This document shows positions 1 through 7,608 of a DNA stretch of 32,000 nucleotides, piece after piece. Numbering within the stretch: the first letter of the stretch is position 1; the number at the start of each line of letters is the position of its first letter. This stretch comes from an uncultured Acidobacteriota bacterium. GTDB taxonomy: Bacteria > Acidobacteriota > Vicinamibacteria > Vicinamibacterales > CAVVIG01. Where the stretch lies: NCBI GenBank assembly GCA_963724725.1, contig CAVRVT010000004.1:3048892-3080891 (forward strand), written 5' to 3'. Position numbers and translations under genes: made by a program. The notes below the pieces were generated by a model, which had not been told where the DNA came from, did not search any database, and saw only the letters and a program-made list of their open reading frames with translations.

Positions 1-281
1 GTCAGCGAGAAGAACCTGCCGCCGCTCGATCCGAACGAAAAGGGACATTTCCATCCGGAAAGCGCGGAGTTCTGGCTCGTATTCGCAGGACAGATTCGGT
101 ACGCGTTCGAAGGCCAGGAGCCGTTCGTCGCCAGCGAAGGCGACGTCGTCTACGTGCCGGCCAACACGTGGCACGCCACGCGGTACGTCGGTCCGATCCG
201 GCCTGCCGTCTGTCGATCACCGAATACGTCGGCAACACGCTGCTGCTGGAGCCGGCCGGCGGCCATAGATCGCTCGGCTGA
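1..281 (+). CDS. cupin-domain protein, 3' part (5' end outside window); probable 1-nt indel near 192
   Basis: Frame 1 from base 1 reads ..KGHFHPESAEFWLVFAGQIRYAFEGQEPFVASEGDVVYVPANTWHATRYVG, showing both cupin motifs. After ~192 frame 1 turns Cys/Arg/Ser-rich until TGA 304-306, whereas frame 3 continues protein-like (SDPACRLSITEYVGNTLLLEPAGGH) to TGA 279-281. It is absent from the ORF track because it has no start in the window. Confidence 0.6.
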   Translation, partial: QREEPAAARSERKGTFPSGKRGVLARIRRTDSVRVRRPGAVRRQRRRRRLRAGQHVARHAVRRSDPACRLSITEYVGNTLLLEPAGGHRSLG

Positions 282-294
282 AGCCTCGCGCTCC
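271..294 (+). repeat. REP-like 24-nt element, family 1
   Basis: CGCTCGGCTGAAGCCTCGCGCTCC. The same 24-mer (0-3 mismatches) recurs at 1621, 3310, 22041, 22079 and 22568, and inverted at 3383, 22141 and 26639. Confidence 0.8.
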
Positions 295-316
295 GTCGAT
301 TGCTGAAGCGATCGAC

Positions 317-1555
317 TTACTGCGAGTGTCCGCGCGCCGCGATCGCCCAGACGACTTCGACTTTATCGCCGCGCGTACCGTAGATCTGGTCGTACTCGTT
401 GACCGCCGGATCGCAGTGCGGAACGATGAGCTCGAGCTTGTCGCCGACGGTGTAGCTCTTGTTCGCCTTCTCGAACTGGATCGCGCCGAATTCGTCCGAC
501 CCGGCGTTGTATTTGAATCCCGGCTCGCCGATCACGATCGCCGGCGGCTGATTGAGCGTCAGAGCTTTCGCGCCCGCGTCGGTCGTCAGCCGATTCGGGA
601 AGTAAGTGTTCAGCACCGTCGTGATGACCGTCAGCGACGGCGAGAAGTCACTGAAGACTTCTTCGTTCTCCTGCCCGCCGATCTCGAGGTATTGCGCGTC
701 CATGAAGATGTAGCTGCCGGCCTGCACGTCGGTGAAGCCGGGCACCTTCGTCATGATGTTGTAGGTTCCGCTGCCGCCTCCGCTGAAGATCCCCGTATTC
801 AGGCCTGACTTCTTGAACGCCTCGAACGTGCGCATCGACGGCTCGTAGCGCTCGAGCGTCTCCGCATACCGCTTCTTGAACCCCTTGATGTGCTGCGCAC
901 TGCCGTCGTAGCTGATCATGCCGCGCAGCTTCAAATTCGGCAGCTTGTCCACCAACTGCGCAAGTTCGATCGCACGGCTGTCGGCCGGCACACCACTCCG
1001 TGTGCCGACGGCCACGTCGACGACCACGTCGGCGGTCAGACCGAACGCTTTGGCGGCATCGGAGAGGTCGCGCGCGTTCTTCGGGTTGTCCACGGCCTGG
1101 ATGAACTGGGGATTCGCCTTCCGCAGCGTCATCGCGCGGCGGATCTTGTTCGCCGTCACGTTGCTCGTCGTCATCAGGAGGGGCAACACACCGCCGGCAA
1201 ACAGCGCCTCGGCCTCGCTGACCTTGGCGGTGCAGATGCCGATCGATCCGCCGGCCAGCTGCAGCTTCGCGATCTCGGGACATTTGTGCGTCTTCGCGTG
1301 CGGGCGGCTGGCCACGCCCGTGCCGCCCAGGCGCGAGCGGAGCGTAGCGATGTTCCGCTCCATCTTGTCGAGATCGACACAGAGCGCTGGTGTGTCCAGT
1401 TCCCACTTCGATGTGCCGACGACGGATCCGTCGGCGGCCTTCGCCCGCATTTCTTCGGCCGTGTAGCCGCTGACCGGTTTCGGGATCCACATGGTGAGCG
1501 CGCCCGTGCCGACCGCCTGCAGAAGCCCGCGCCGCGAGACAGGTGTCGTGGTCAT
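317..1555 (-). CDS. DSD1-family PLP enzyme (D-threonine aldolase / D-serine dehydratase-like, alanine-racemase fold), Tat-exported
   Basis: ORF 317..1618. It has the PLP-lysine block RPHAKTHKCPEIA and the C-terminal block VPHCDPAVN typical of this family. I moved the start to ATG 1555: AAGGAG lies 11 nt upstream, and the product then begins MTTTPVSRRGLLQAVGTGALTMW, a twin-arginine signal. Confidence 0.85.
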   Translation of the reverse strand: MTTTPVSRRGLLQAVGTGALTMWIPKPVSGYTAEEMRAKAADGSVVGTSKWELDTPALCVDLDKMERNIATLRSRLGGTGVASRPHAKTHKCPEIAKLQLAGGSIGICTAKVSEAEALFAGGVLPLLMTTSNVTANKIRRAMTLRKANPQFIQAVDNPKNARDLSDAAKAFGLTADVVVDVAVGTRSGVPADSRAIELAQLVDKLPNLKLRGMISYDGSAQHIKGFKKRYAETLERYEPSMRTFEAFKKSGLNTGIFSGGGSGTYNIMTKVPGFTDVQAGSYIFMDAQYLEIGGQENEEVFSDFSPSLTVITTVLNTYFPNRLTTDAGAKALTLNQPPAIVIGEPGFKYNAGSDEFGAIQFEKANKSYTVGDKLELIVPHCDPAVNEYDQIYGTRGDKVEVVWAIAARGHSQ

Positions 1556-1620
1556 GTCGTCGGCCACTCCTTTTCGCCACGAATCTTCGCATCTTTCGCG
1601 GCCGTCGTCACTACGCATTT

Positions 1621-1644
1621 CGCTCGGCTCAAGCCTCGCGCTCC
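1621..1644 (+). repeat. REP-like 24-nt element, family 1
   Basis: CGCTCGGCTCAAGCCTCGCGCTCC in the divergent intergenic region. Its 3' half GCCTCGCGCTC (1633-1643) is duplicated at 1652-1662. Confidence 0.8.
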
Positions 1645-1692
1645 TCCTGATGCCTCGCGCTCTGCGCCGATTTCTGCGAAGATTCGGGCGCT

Positions 1693-3309
1693 ATGACTGC
1701 ACTCCTCCTTCCCCTGGTCCTGACCTACGCGGTCTCGGCCGCAGCCCCGGTCACAGCCGAGAGCAAGACCATCGACGTCGACGTGGCCACGGTTGCCGAC
1801 CTCAATGCGGCGTTCGACGCGGGCACCCTGACGGCGGAAAAACTGGTCCAGATCTGCCTGGCGCGCATTCAGGCCTACGACCGGCAGGGACCGTCGCTGC
1901 ATGCGGTCATCGCGCTGAACCCGAAAGCGCTCGAAACCGCACGCGCGCTCGATGCCGAGCGCCGGACGAAAGGGCCGCGGTCGCCCCTGCACGGCATCCC
2001 GGTGGTTCTCAAGGACAACTACGACACGTCCGACCTGCCCACGACGGGCGGATCGATCCTGCTGGAGGGCTGGATTCCTCCGAGCGATGCGTTCGTCGTC
2101 AGGAAGCTGCGCGACGCGGGCGCGATCATCCTGGCCAAGATGAACATGTCGGAGTTCGCGTCGGGCGGGGCCCATAGTTCGCTCGGGGGCCAGTCGCTCA
2201 ACCCCCACGACCTCGTCCGCACGCCGTCCGGGTCGTCGGGCGGCACCGGCGTCGCGATCGCCGCCGCGTACGCGCCAATCGGAATGGGGACCGACACGGG
2301 CGGATCGATTCGTGGGCCGTCCACGTCGAACGGGATCGTCGGGCTGAAGCCCACGCACGGACTGCTGAGCCGCAGCGGCATCATTCCGCTCGCGCTGACG
2401 TTCGATACGGGCGGGCCGATGGCGCGCAGCGTCTACGACGTCGCGGTCGCACTCGGCGTCATGACCGGCGTCGACCCGGCCGACGCCGCGACGGCCAAGA
2501 GCGCGGGCAAGTCGGAAACGGACTACACGCGATTCCTGAAGACTGACGCGCTCAAGGGGGCGCGCATCGGTGTCGCACGCGACTTTCTCGGCGCGGACCC
2601 TGACGTGGACTGGGTCGTGGACGCCGCGCTCGACGCGATGAAGAAGGCCGGCGCCACGCTAGTCGACGTGCGCTATCCGAAATGGCTGCTCGACTCGAAG
2701 GGCGAGTTCTACACGTCGGTCCGCTACCCGGAATTCCGCGCGCAGATTGCAGAGTATCTGTCGCGCACAGGACCGAAATACCCGAAGACGCTCGACGAGA
2801 TGATCGAGCGATCCAATCAGTTCAATGCCGTGCGAGCCGACGGCGCCGGTCCGAATCCGAGCCGCTGGAACCTGTTCAAGCGCGAAGCGGCGAGCGTCGG
2901 CCTGGACGACTACCGCTACACGGCCGTCCGGGATTTCGCTCTTCCCATGATACGGGCAATCGTCGAAGGCATCTTCGCGGCGCAGAAGGTCGACGCCATT
3001 GTGTATCCCACGTCTTCGCGCAAGCCCGGGCTGATTGCCGCGCCGGCGCCGCCGGCGAATCCGACCGCGATTCTCGCCGACATGGGACTCTCGGCAACCG
3101 ACATCGCGAACCTGACGGGCTTCCCGGATTTGATCGTGCCGGCCGGCTTCACTGGCGACAACCTGCCGGTGGGTCTCTCATTCCTCGGTCCTGCGTTCAG
3201 CGAGCAAAAGCTCCTCGCGCTCGGTTTCAGCTTCGAGCAGGCGACGCACGCGCGGCGACTGCCCGTGCATGCGCCACCCCGATCTGGGGAGAAGATCACG
3301 GTGCGTTGA
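1693..3309 (+). CDS. amidase-signature (AS) family amidase, secreted
   Basis: 538-aa ORF with AS-family blocks GIPVVLKDNYD (catalytic Lys), PSGSSGGTGVAIAA and GTDTGGSIRGPS (Ser-cisSer). The N-terminus MTALLLPLVLTYAVSAAAP is a hydrophobic signal peptide. Confidence 0.9.
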   Translation: MTALLLPLVLTYAVSAAAPVTAESKTIDVDVATVADLNAAFDAGTLTAEKLVQICLARIQAYDRQGPSLHAVIALNPKALETARALDAERRTKGPRSPLHGIPVVLKDNYDTSDLPTTGGSILLEGWIPPSDAFVVRKLRDAGAIILAKMNMSEFASGGAHSSLGGQSLNPHDLVRTPSGSSGGTGVAIAAAYAPIGMGTDTGGSIRGPSTSNGIVGLKPTHGLLSRSGIIPLALTFDTGGPMARSVYDVAVALGVMTGVDPADAATAKSAGKSETDYTRFLKTDALKGARIGVARDFLGADPDVDWVVDAALDAMKKAGATLVDVRYPKWLLDSKGEFYTSVRYPEFRAQIAEYLSRTGPKYPKTLDEMIERSNQFNAVRADGAGPNPSRWNLFKREAASVGLDDYRYTAVRDFALPMIRAIVEGIFAAQKVDAIVYPTSSRKPGLIAAPAPPANPTAILADMGLSATDIANLTGFPDLIVPAGFTGDNLPVGLSFLGPAFSEQKLLALGFSFEQATHARRLPVHAPPRSGEKITVR

Positions 3310-3407
3310 CGCTCGGCTGAAGCCTCGCGCTCCCTTATCTGTCTCGCGCTCCCTTATCTGTCTCGCGCTCCGTTATCGGTAAGGAGCGCGACGCCTTTAG
3401 GCGAGCG
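3310..3407. repeat. composite REP-like element (family 1): forward copy, 19-bp unit x3, inverted copy
   Basis: Forward copy at 3310-3333. CTCGCGCTCCCTTATCTGT occurs at 3324-3342 and 3343-3361, with a degenerate third unit at 3362-3380. An imperfect inverted copy GGAGCGCGACGCCTTTAGGCGAGCG lies at 3383-3407, so the arms can form a long stem-loop. Confidence 0.8.
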
Positions 3408-3478
3408 CCAGTGCAGGGCGTCTTGGCGCTGCCCTTGCAGCATGACTGGTGAACTCGCAGTCCAGTGGAGGAATCGCC

Positions 3479-3976
3479 ATGTTCTCGCTGACGGTCCTGG
3501 ATCACATCCGTCTCGATTCCGAACATGTCGCGCAGAATTACACGATCCACGCCCGCGCCGCCGACCGCCTGGCCCGGCTGGCGTTCGGCTTCAGAATGCT
3601 GATGGCCGTGCTCCTGGCGGCGGCAGCGGCCGCCTGCATCATCGGCCTGCTGATGCCGGCGCGCTTCTATCAGATCACCGCGACGGTCGCGACATCGGTC
3701 GCGGCCATCGGCTTTGCACTCTACTCGGTGCTCGGTCTTGAGGGCCGCGTCACCGCGCACCGGGCGTTCGCGCACCGGCTGTGGCTGGCCTCCGAACGCT
3801 ACCGATCGTTGATCGCCGAGGCCGACCAGGGCCTCGTGAATCCTGACGCGTTGCTGCAGCGGCGCGACCGCCTGATCGAGGACGTGCACGCGATCTACGA
3901 GCGCGGGTTCGCCGTCGATCAACCGGCCTATGAAAGCGCGCGCCTGCCCGCCATTCCGGGCGAACGCGCCGCATGA
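3479..3976 (+). CDS. SLATT-like two-transmembrane-helix protein (SMODS/SLOG-associated 2TM effector family), orphan
   Basis: ORF 3449..3976. I place the start at ATG 3479 because GGAGG lies 7 nt upstream. There are two hydrophobic helices (LARLAFGFRMLMAVLLAAAAAACIIGLLM and ITATVATSVAAIGFALYSVLGL). They are followed by HRAFAHRLWLASERYRSLIAE...RRDRLIEDVHAIYERGF..PAYESA, which matches my memory of the SLATT family-5 C-terminal helix pattern. Confidence 0.6.
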   Translation: MFSLTVLDHIRLDSEHVAQNYTIHARAADRLARLAFGFRMLMAVLLAAAAAACIIGLLMPARFYQITATVATSVAAIGFALYSVLGLEGRVTAHRAFAHRLWLASERYRSLIAEADQGLVNPDALLQRRDRLIEDVHAIYERGFAVDQPAYESARLPAIPGERAA

Positions 3977-4044
3977 ACATCTCGCATCGTCACGGCGCTG
4001 AAAACGACCGGTGATCGCCGCAGCCAGCGAGGTATCGTGAGGGA

Positions 4045-4968
4045 GTGATCGACTGGCTTCTTCTCGTGCTTCCCGGGCTGATCTGGGGTGCGTCGTTCCT
4101 GTTCATCGCCGAAGGCCTCGACGCCATGGCGCCAAACGGCGTCACCTTCACGCGGATCGCGATCGGTTTCATCACGCTCGCGCTCGTTCCGACCGCGCGG
4201 CGGTCGATTCAGCGGTCCGACTGGGGGCCGACGCTCGCCCTCGGCGTTCTCTGGCTCGCCTTTCCGCTCAGCATGTTTCCGTTTGCGGAACAGCACGTGT
4301 CGTCGGCGTTGACGGGCATGCTGAACGGCGCGACGCCGCTGTTCGCGGCGGCCGTGGCGAGTCTCGTCGCGCGACAGTTCCCTGCCCGCGCGGTTGTGCT
4401 CGGCCTGGTGGTCGGCTTTGTCGGAACCGTGATCACGGCCGTCCCGGGGTTCGACGGCACGCACGGGTCGCCGCAGCAGGCGCTTGGCGTCGCGCTGATC
4501 CTGGCCGCGCTGGTGTCGTACGGCTTCGCGATCAACCTTGCACGGCCGCTGCAGCAGCGCAACGGCGCGCTCCCCGTGATCTGGCGGTCGCTCGGTGTAG
4601 CGGTGCTGCTGACCGCGCCACTCGGCGCGCCGGCGCTCGTTCGCGCGCACTGGTCGTGGCGATCGCTCGTCGCGATGATCCTCCTCGGCGCCTTCGGTAC
4701 CGCACTTGCCCACGTCATGGCCGCCACGGCCGCTGGTCGAATGGGCGCGACCCGCGCGTCGGCGACGACGTTTCTCATGCCGGTCGTTGCGCTCGTGCTC
4801 GGCGTCACGATTCGCGGCGAGCACGTGCAGCTCGTGTCTGTTATCGGCGCCGCGATATGCCTGGTGGGCGCATGGGTGATTCGGTACGCAGGGCTCCGCG
4901 ACGCACGTTCGGTAGCGGCGGCTCCTCGTCAGATGATCGAAGGAAACGGCAGTCGCGTCAGCGCGTGA
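4045..4968 (+). CDS. EamA/DMT-superfamily transporter
   Basis: 307-aa ORF with a GTG start, about 10 hydrophobic helices in two EamA-like halves, and good GC3 codon bias. Confidence 0.85.
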   Translation: MIDWLLLVLPGLIWGASFLFIAEGLDAMAPNGVTFTRIAIGFITLALVPTARRSIQRSDWGPTLALGVLWLAFPLSMFPFAEQHVSSALTGMLNGATPLFAAAVASLVARQFPARAVVLGLVVGFVGTVITAVPGFDGTHGSPQQALGVALILAALVSYGFAINLARPLQQRNGALPVIWRSLGVAVLLTAPLGAPALVRAHWSWRSLVAMILLGAFGTALAHVMAATAAGRMGATRASATTFLMPVVALVLGVTIRGEHVQLVSVIGAAICLVGAWVIRYAGLRDARSVAAAPRQMIEGNGSRVSA

Positions 4969-6115
4969 CGATGATGGTCAGTTCTTCGTCGGAGACGAGC
5001 GCGCCATCGTCGGCACGGCAGCGCAGCACGTAGGTACCGGGCTCGCTGAACGTCACCGTGACCGGCTGCTTTCCGTCGGCCGGAATCGGCGGTGGCATCC
5101 AAATCGGCGCCCACGGCGAGTTGGCGCCCGCGCGCGTGTCCTCCCAGGCCTTCACCTGAGGAGGATCGAACGTCACGGTGCCGGGGCCTCGATAGAGGAA
5201 CCACGTGACGTGCAGGCCGACGTTCTTGCCGACAGTGATCCGTACCGGCGGTGACGAGGCTGCACGGGCGATGAGCGCGCCCGTGTTGTCGCCGCTCACG
5301 CCACCTGCGCCCGTCGCGCGAACCGCCGCACCAGCGCCGGCGCCTCGACGCTTCGGAATCCCGTCGTCCTTGACTTCCGAGACGAGCGTCACCTGCTGAC
5401 CGACCTTGATGTTGCGCGTGTTCGCCTCGACGATGCGCAGGAGCGGCGGCTTGTTGGAGCGCACTTCGGGGCTGCTGGTTCCGGCGCCGAGTGCGCCGGT
5501 CTCCGACGCCTTGACGACGTCGTCCAGGATGTAGTCAGGGCGAAGCGTCGCGTACGCTTTCTCGGTCGCGCCGTGCGATTTGAGGGTCCAGATGAGCTCG
5601 TCCTTCTCGCCGAAGCCAGCCGGGACGCGGACCTTGAAGATGAATCTGTTGCGGCGCGGGAGGAAGTGCGTCGGCTGTCCCTGGTCGAATCCCACACCGG
5701 GGGCCCCAGCCCCCCGGTCTCCCACACCGGGGACCCCAGCCCCCCGGTCTCCCACACCGGGAGCCCCAGCCCCCCGGGCGCCACCGACGTTGAACCCGTT
5801 GTCGGGACCGATCGGCAGGTCGATTTCTTCTTCCCAGTTGCGATTCATGTAGCCGAACACGAAGTACTTCGTGCCGTCGGCGGCCTGCTCCCATCCCTCG
5901 TACGCCGGCGCCACACTCTGGCCCTTCGTGTAGGACAGTGACTGCGCGCCCGCTGCGGTGGCGAACGCGAGCAGAAGGAGGGCGCACGCCCCATTGCGGA
6001 ATGCGGAACGCGGAATGCGGATTGATTGTCGATTGTCGATTGGTTGCGGAGCGGACTTCGACCTGCAAGTCCGCGCGCTCGTTCCAATCCACAACCCGCA
6101 ATCCGCAATCCGCAT
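4958..6115 (-). CDS. secreted hypothetical protein with C-terminal Ig/PKD-like domains; start uncertain
   Basis: ORF 4958..6127. A signal-peptide-like ACALLLLAFATAAGA/QS precedes a conserved-looking N-domain (YEGWEQAADGTKYFVFGYMNRNWEEE..). The C-terminal beta-sandwich-like segments end GTYVLRCRADDGALVSDEELTIIVTR. The only in-frame starts (6115 ATG, 6127 GTG) lie inside a repeat element; ATG 5994 is 1 nt out of frame. Confidence 0.7.
   Translation of the reverse strand: MRIADCGLWIGTSARTCRSKSAPQPIDNRQSIRIPRSAFRNGACALLLLAFATAAGAQSLSYTKGQSVAPAYEGWEQAADGTKYFVFGYMNRNWEEEIDLPIGPDNGFNVGGARGAGAPGVGDRGAGVPGVGDRGAGAPGVGFDQGQPTHFLPRRNRFIFKVRVPAGFGEKDELIWTLKSHGATEKAYATLRPDYILDDVVKASETGALGAGTSSPEVRSNKPPLLRIVEANTRNIKVGQQVTLVSEVKDDGIPKRRGAGAGAAVRATGAGGVSGDNTGALIARAASSPPVRITVGKNVGLHVTWFLYRGPGTVTFDPPQVKAWEDTRAGANSPWAPIWMPPPIPADGKQPVTVTFSEPGTYVLRCRADDGALVSDEELTIIVTR
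5691..5780. repeat. 30-bp tandem repeat x3, in frame inside CDS
   Basis: Units at 5691-5720, 5721-5750 and 5751-5780 (CCCACACCGGGGNCCCCAGCCCCCCGGTCT) differ at 1-2 positions. They encode PGVGDRGAGA x3 on the minus strand. Confidence 0.9.
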
Positions 6116-6116
6116 T
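5993..6116. repeat. heptamer-array palindromic element, family 2
   Basis: The left arm is heptamers GCGGAAT/GCGGAAC/GCGGAAT/GCGGATT/GATTGTC/GATTGTC/GATTGGT (5996-6044). The central hairpin is GCGGACTT(6051-6058)-N8-AAGTCCGC(6067-6074). The right arm is complementary heptamers CAATCCA/CAACCCG/CAATCCG/CAATCCG (6085-6112). Confidence 0.85.
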
Positions 6117-6123
6117 GTCACTG

Positions 6124-7602
6124 TCACTGCTGCTGTCCTCCCGCTGTTTTGGCCGGCGCCGGCGGAACGAGACAGAGCGGGCAGCCGATGACGTTGTCGT
6201 TCTTCGTCAGGTGCAGATGCTCGCGCCGCTTCGCCATCTCCTCCTGGAACTGCTCGTCGGTCAACGCCACGCGCATGCCGAGGTCGATGAACATGTTCGC
6301 GACCGAACGATTACCCGATCCCTGCCAGTTGCGCGGATCCGGCACGTTCTTGTTCGACGGCGAGTTATCCATGTACCCGATGATGTGAAGGATGGTGCCC
6401 TTCGGCAGGAGCGGCGCTGAATCGTCGGTGTAGTCGTAGCCGCGCACCCAGTTGTGGTCGTATCCGACGCAGTTCAGCGTCTGGATGTTGTAGCCCCAGA
6501 TCGCTTCGAGACACATGCGGGCGCCCGGCGCATGGAGATGCGGTTCGAACGAGATGATCTTCGTGTGCTGCTGCAGCACGGTGTAGGCATGCAGCTGCTG
6601 GTTCGCTTCCATCCCCCTGATGTCGATGTCCACGCCGTTGCCGAGACCGAAGACGGCGCGCTTGTAGGTCGGCTTGTAGTCCTTCGGCATCAGCTTGAAG
6701 CCGATCTCGAGGTGCGCGCGGGTGTCACGTCCGTTCGAGTGCAGGTGGATGGAATCCGACACGATGCTGGAGCCGGCTTTCAGGAGGCGCGCCGACTTCG
6801 GGTCGAAGAAGTCCGCGTTACGCCCCACTTCGTGGACCGGCCAGTTCACACTCTCCTCGTCCGCCAGGATCGACGGCGCGTCCGGAATCTGATCGCCTTT
6901 CGACGGATCGAGCACCTGCGTCCGCCAGATCATGTGGTGGAAGACGAAACGGCCACCGACGGTCGCGCGGTTCCCCTTGGCTGCCGCCGATTCGACGTCG
7001 TTCACTTCCTTGATTTCGAGGGCGGCAACGTAGCGATCCTCGGTGAGCCCGGTCGGCACACTCGGAATCTCGCCCCACCAGTCCGGAGCATCGCCCTTCA
7101 CCACGAGCTCTTTGGTCTTGATGATCAGATCGGGCGTCCCAATCGCCCACGCTGCGTTGTCCGCCCACGTGCGCGGAGGCGGCATGTCGGCCGGGTTGCC
7201 GCGCGGCGAACCGGCGTCCACCCACTTGGCGATCATCGCGATCTCCCCGTCGCTGAGCGACGGATCGTTGTGGAACTGCTGGATGCCGATGTTTTTCTCG
7301 ACGTACCACGGCGGCATCACGCCGGCTTTCGGACCAAGCCCGGTCTTCAACTTGATCGATCGCGACCACGGCCGGACGTCGTCGTAGGTAACGAGCGACA
7401 TCGGCGCGACGCCATCGGGCCGGTGGCAATTCTGGCAGCTGCGCTGCAGAATCGGTGCGATGTCCTTGGAGAAGGTGACGTCACCAGCCGCCTGACCGGC
7501 CTGCGCCCGCACGCCCGCGGGAGCCGTCAGGCCAACCGCCGCCGAGAGGACCACTGCCAGGCCAATCGAGAGCTTCCAGCCGAGGGGGTGTCCAAGCCGC
7601 AT
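6124..7602 (-). CDS. cytochrome c domain fused to PHM/DBH-like copper monooxygenase-like domains, secreted
   Basis: ORF 6124..7641. I place the start at ATG 7602, with GAAGGAG 6 nt upstream and signal MRLGHPLGWKLSIGLAVVLSAAVGLTAPAGVRAQA. Heme motif CQNCH (7423-7437) sits in the context FSKDIAPILQRSCQNCHRP. Downstream are HHM (6931-9), IHLHS, PHLHAPGARM and GYMDNS, with PHM-like spacing. Confidence 0.8.
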   Translation of the reverse strand: MRLGHPLGWKLSIGLAVVLSAAVGLTAPAGVRAQAGQAAGDVTFSKDIAPILQRSCQNCHRPDGVAPMSLVTYDDVRPWSRSIKLKTGLGPKAGVMPPWYVEKNIGIQQFHNDPSLSDGEIAMIAKWVDAGSPRGNPADMPPPRTWADNAAWAIGTPDLIIKTKELVVKGDAPDWWGEIPSVPTGLTEDRYVAALEIKEVNDVESAAAKGNRATVGGRFVFHHMIWRTQVLDPSKGDQIPDAPSILADEESVNWPVHEVGRNADFFDPKSARLLKAGSSIVSDSIHLHSNGRDTRAHLEIGFKLMPKDYKPTYKRAVFGLGNGVDIDIRGMEANQQLHAYTVLQQHTKIISFEPHLHAPGARMCLEAIWGYNIQTLNCVGYDHNWVRGYDYTDDSAPLLPKGTILHIIGYMDNSPSNKNVPDPRNWQGSGNRSVANMFIDLGMRVALTDEQFQEEMAKRREHLHLTKNDNVIGCPLCLVPPAPAKTAGGQQQ

Positions 7603-7608
7603 CACAGT

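Noticed and set aside
2-238. 78-aa minus-strand ORF at the window start.
   Set aside because: It is antisense to a clear cupin reading frame, and its translation is Arg-rich junk.
295-316. Hairpin GTCGAT-N10-ATCGAC between convergent genes as an intrinsic terminator.
   Set aside because: The stem is only 6 bp and there is no U-tract on either strand, so I do not call it.
648-1696. Long ORFs overlapping or antisense to the PLP-enzyme gene (648..1592 -, 890..1696 +, 918..1466 +).
   Set aside because: Their translations are Arg/Gly/Asp-rich and low in complexity, and they overlap a gene with clear family motifs. They are typical shadow ORFs of high-GC DNA.
3324-3380. Possible CRISPR array, from the direct repeats here and at 5691-5780.
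   Set aside because: The repeats are directly abutting with no spacers. One set lies in frame inside a CDS, and no cas genes are present.
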